A DNA stretch of 64,000 nucleotides from contig NC_057711.1 of the NCBI RefSeq assembly GCF_004010195.1, positions 72,003,081 to 72,067,080 on the forward strand, in the 5' to 3' direction. This document shows positions 63,490 to 64,000 of this stretch, in pieces. This DNA is from Chiloscyllium plagiosum. Taxonomy: Eukaryota. Each line of letters begins with the position of its first letter. Positions within the stretch are counted from its first letter, which is position 1. The position numbers and the translations under genes are program-made. Under the pieces are notes generated by a model. It was not told where the DNA came from and did not search any database. It saw only the letters and a list, made by a program, of their open reading frames with translations.

Positions 63490-64000
63490 GTCATCAGCCA
63501 TATGTTAATGCCTCAGTTTGGTAGGTATAAGCTCAGGGTGAAAAAAATACTTCAGTTTATCAACAAACATTGGGAAAGGCCTATGTTTGAACAAGGAACT
63601 TAAAATTGAAGTGAAGAAGATAAATCCAAATATACTTGCTTTGTATGGACAGTTATATTGGCGTAGGATACAAAATAATATATTGAATGCAGCCTTATAA
63701 ACTTTTCACTAAAACTTTGTTGATAGGCCCATGTCTTTTATAATAGTGTTGTAAAACATGTTATTAGGCCACATTTGGTGTTCTAGACTGAACTGTGAAT
63801 GGATAAAACTCTGGAATAAACTGTTGAATAAAGGTTGATAGACCATTTCAGCCCAAATTATTTCCTCTTGTCCCGAGAATGTGTTGGCTCATGCCGAGGT
63901 ATGATTGCGCAAACGGAACAGCCTTATGGTTTCAGTGTGCTTTATTCCCTGTGCGAATATCACATATCAGTATCAGAAAGCCTAGTTTGTTCTCACCCAT

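Overview
This is a repeat-dense, apparently non-coding vertebrate window. The repeat content points to a cartilaginous fish (shark/ray): CR1/HER1-type LINEs with (ATGACTCT)n tails, HE1-like tRNA-derived SINEs, Penelope-like elements (PLEs), L2, Rex/Babar and L1-Tx1 fragments, and a solo LTR. I cannot support any intact host protein-coding gene. Every ORF I can identify is a decayed transposon fragment or runs through one of two N gaps; the remaining short ORFs have no recognisable product. The most striking structure is six ~150-230 bp hairpin elements (35867, 37496, 46371, 55918, 58286, 59594). Each is built from two head-to-head copies of a Penelope 3' terminus with a minimal hammerhead-ribozyme motif near the apex. 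Each is flanked by a 15-17 bp target-site duplication (TSD) with microhomology at the truncated arm. Older hairpins from other PLE lineages show the same architecture. Also seen: two short exact local copy-insertions beside PLE ends, an internally deleted CR1, a multi-layer nested insertion stack (53.9-58.7 kb), small perfect palindromes, and repeat-free AT-rich islands that may hold conserved enhancers. Family names come from recalled motifs, not database searches, and most boundaries are approximate.
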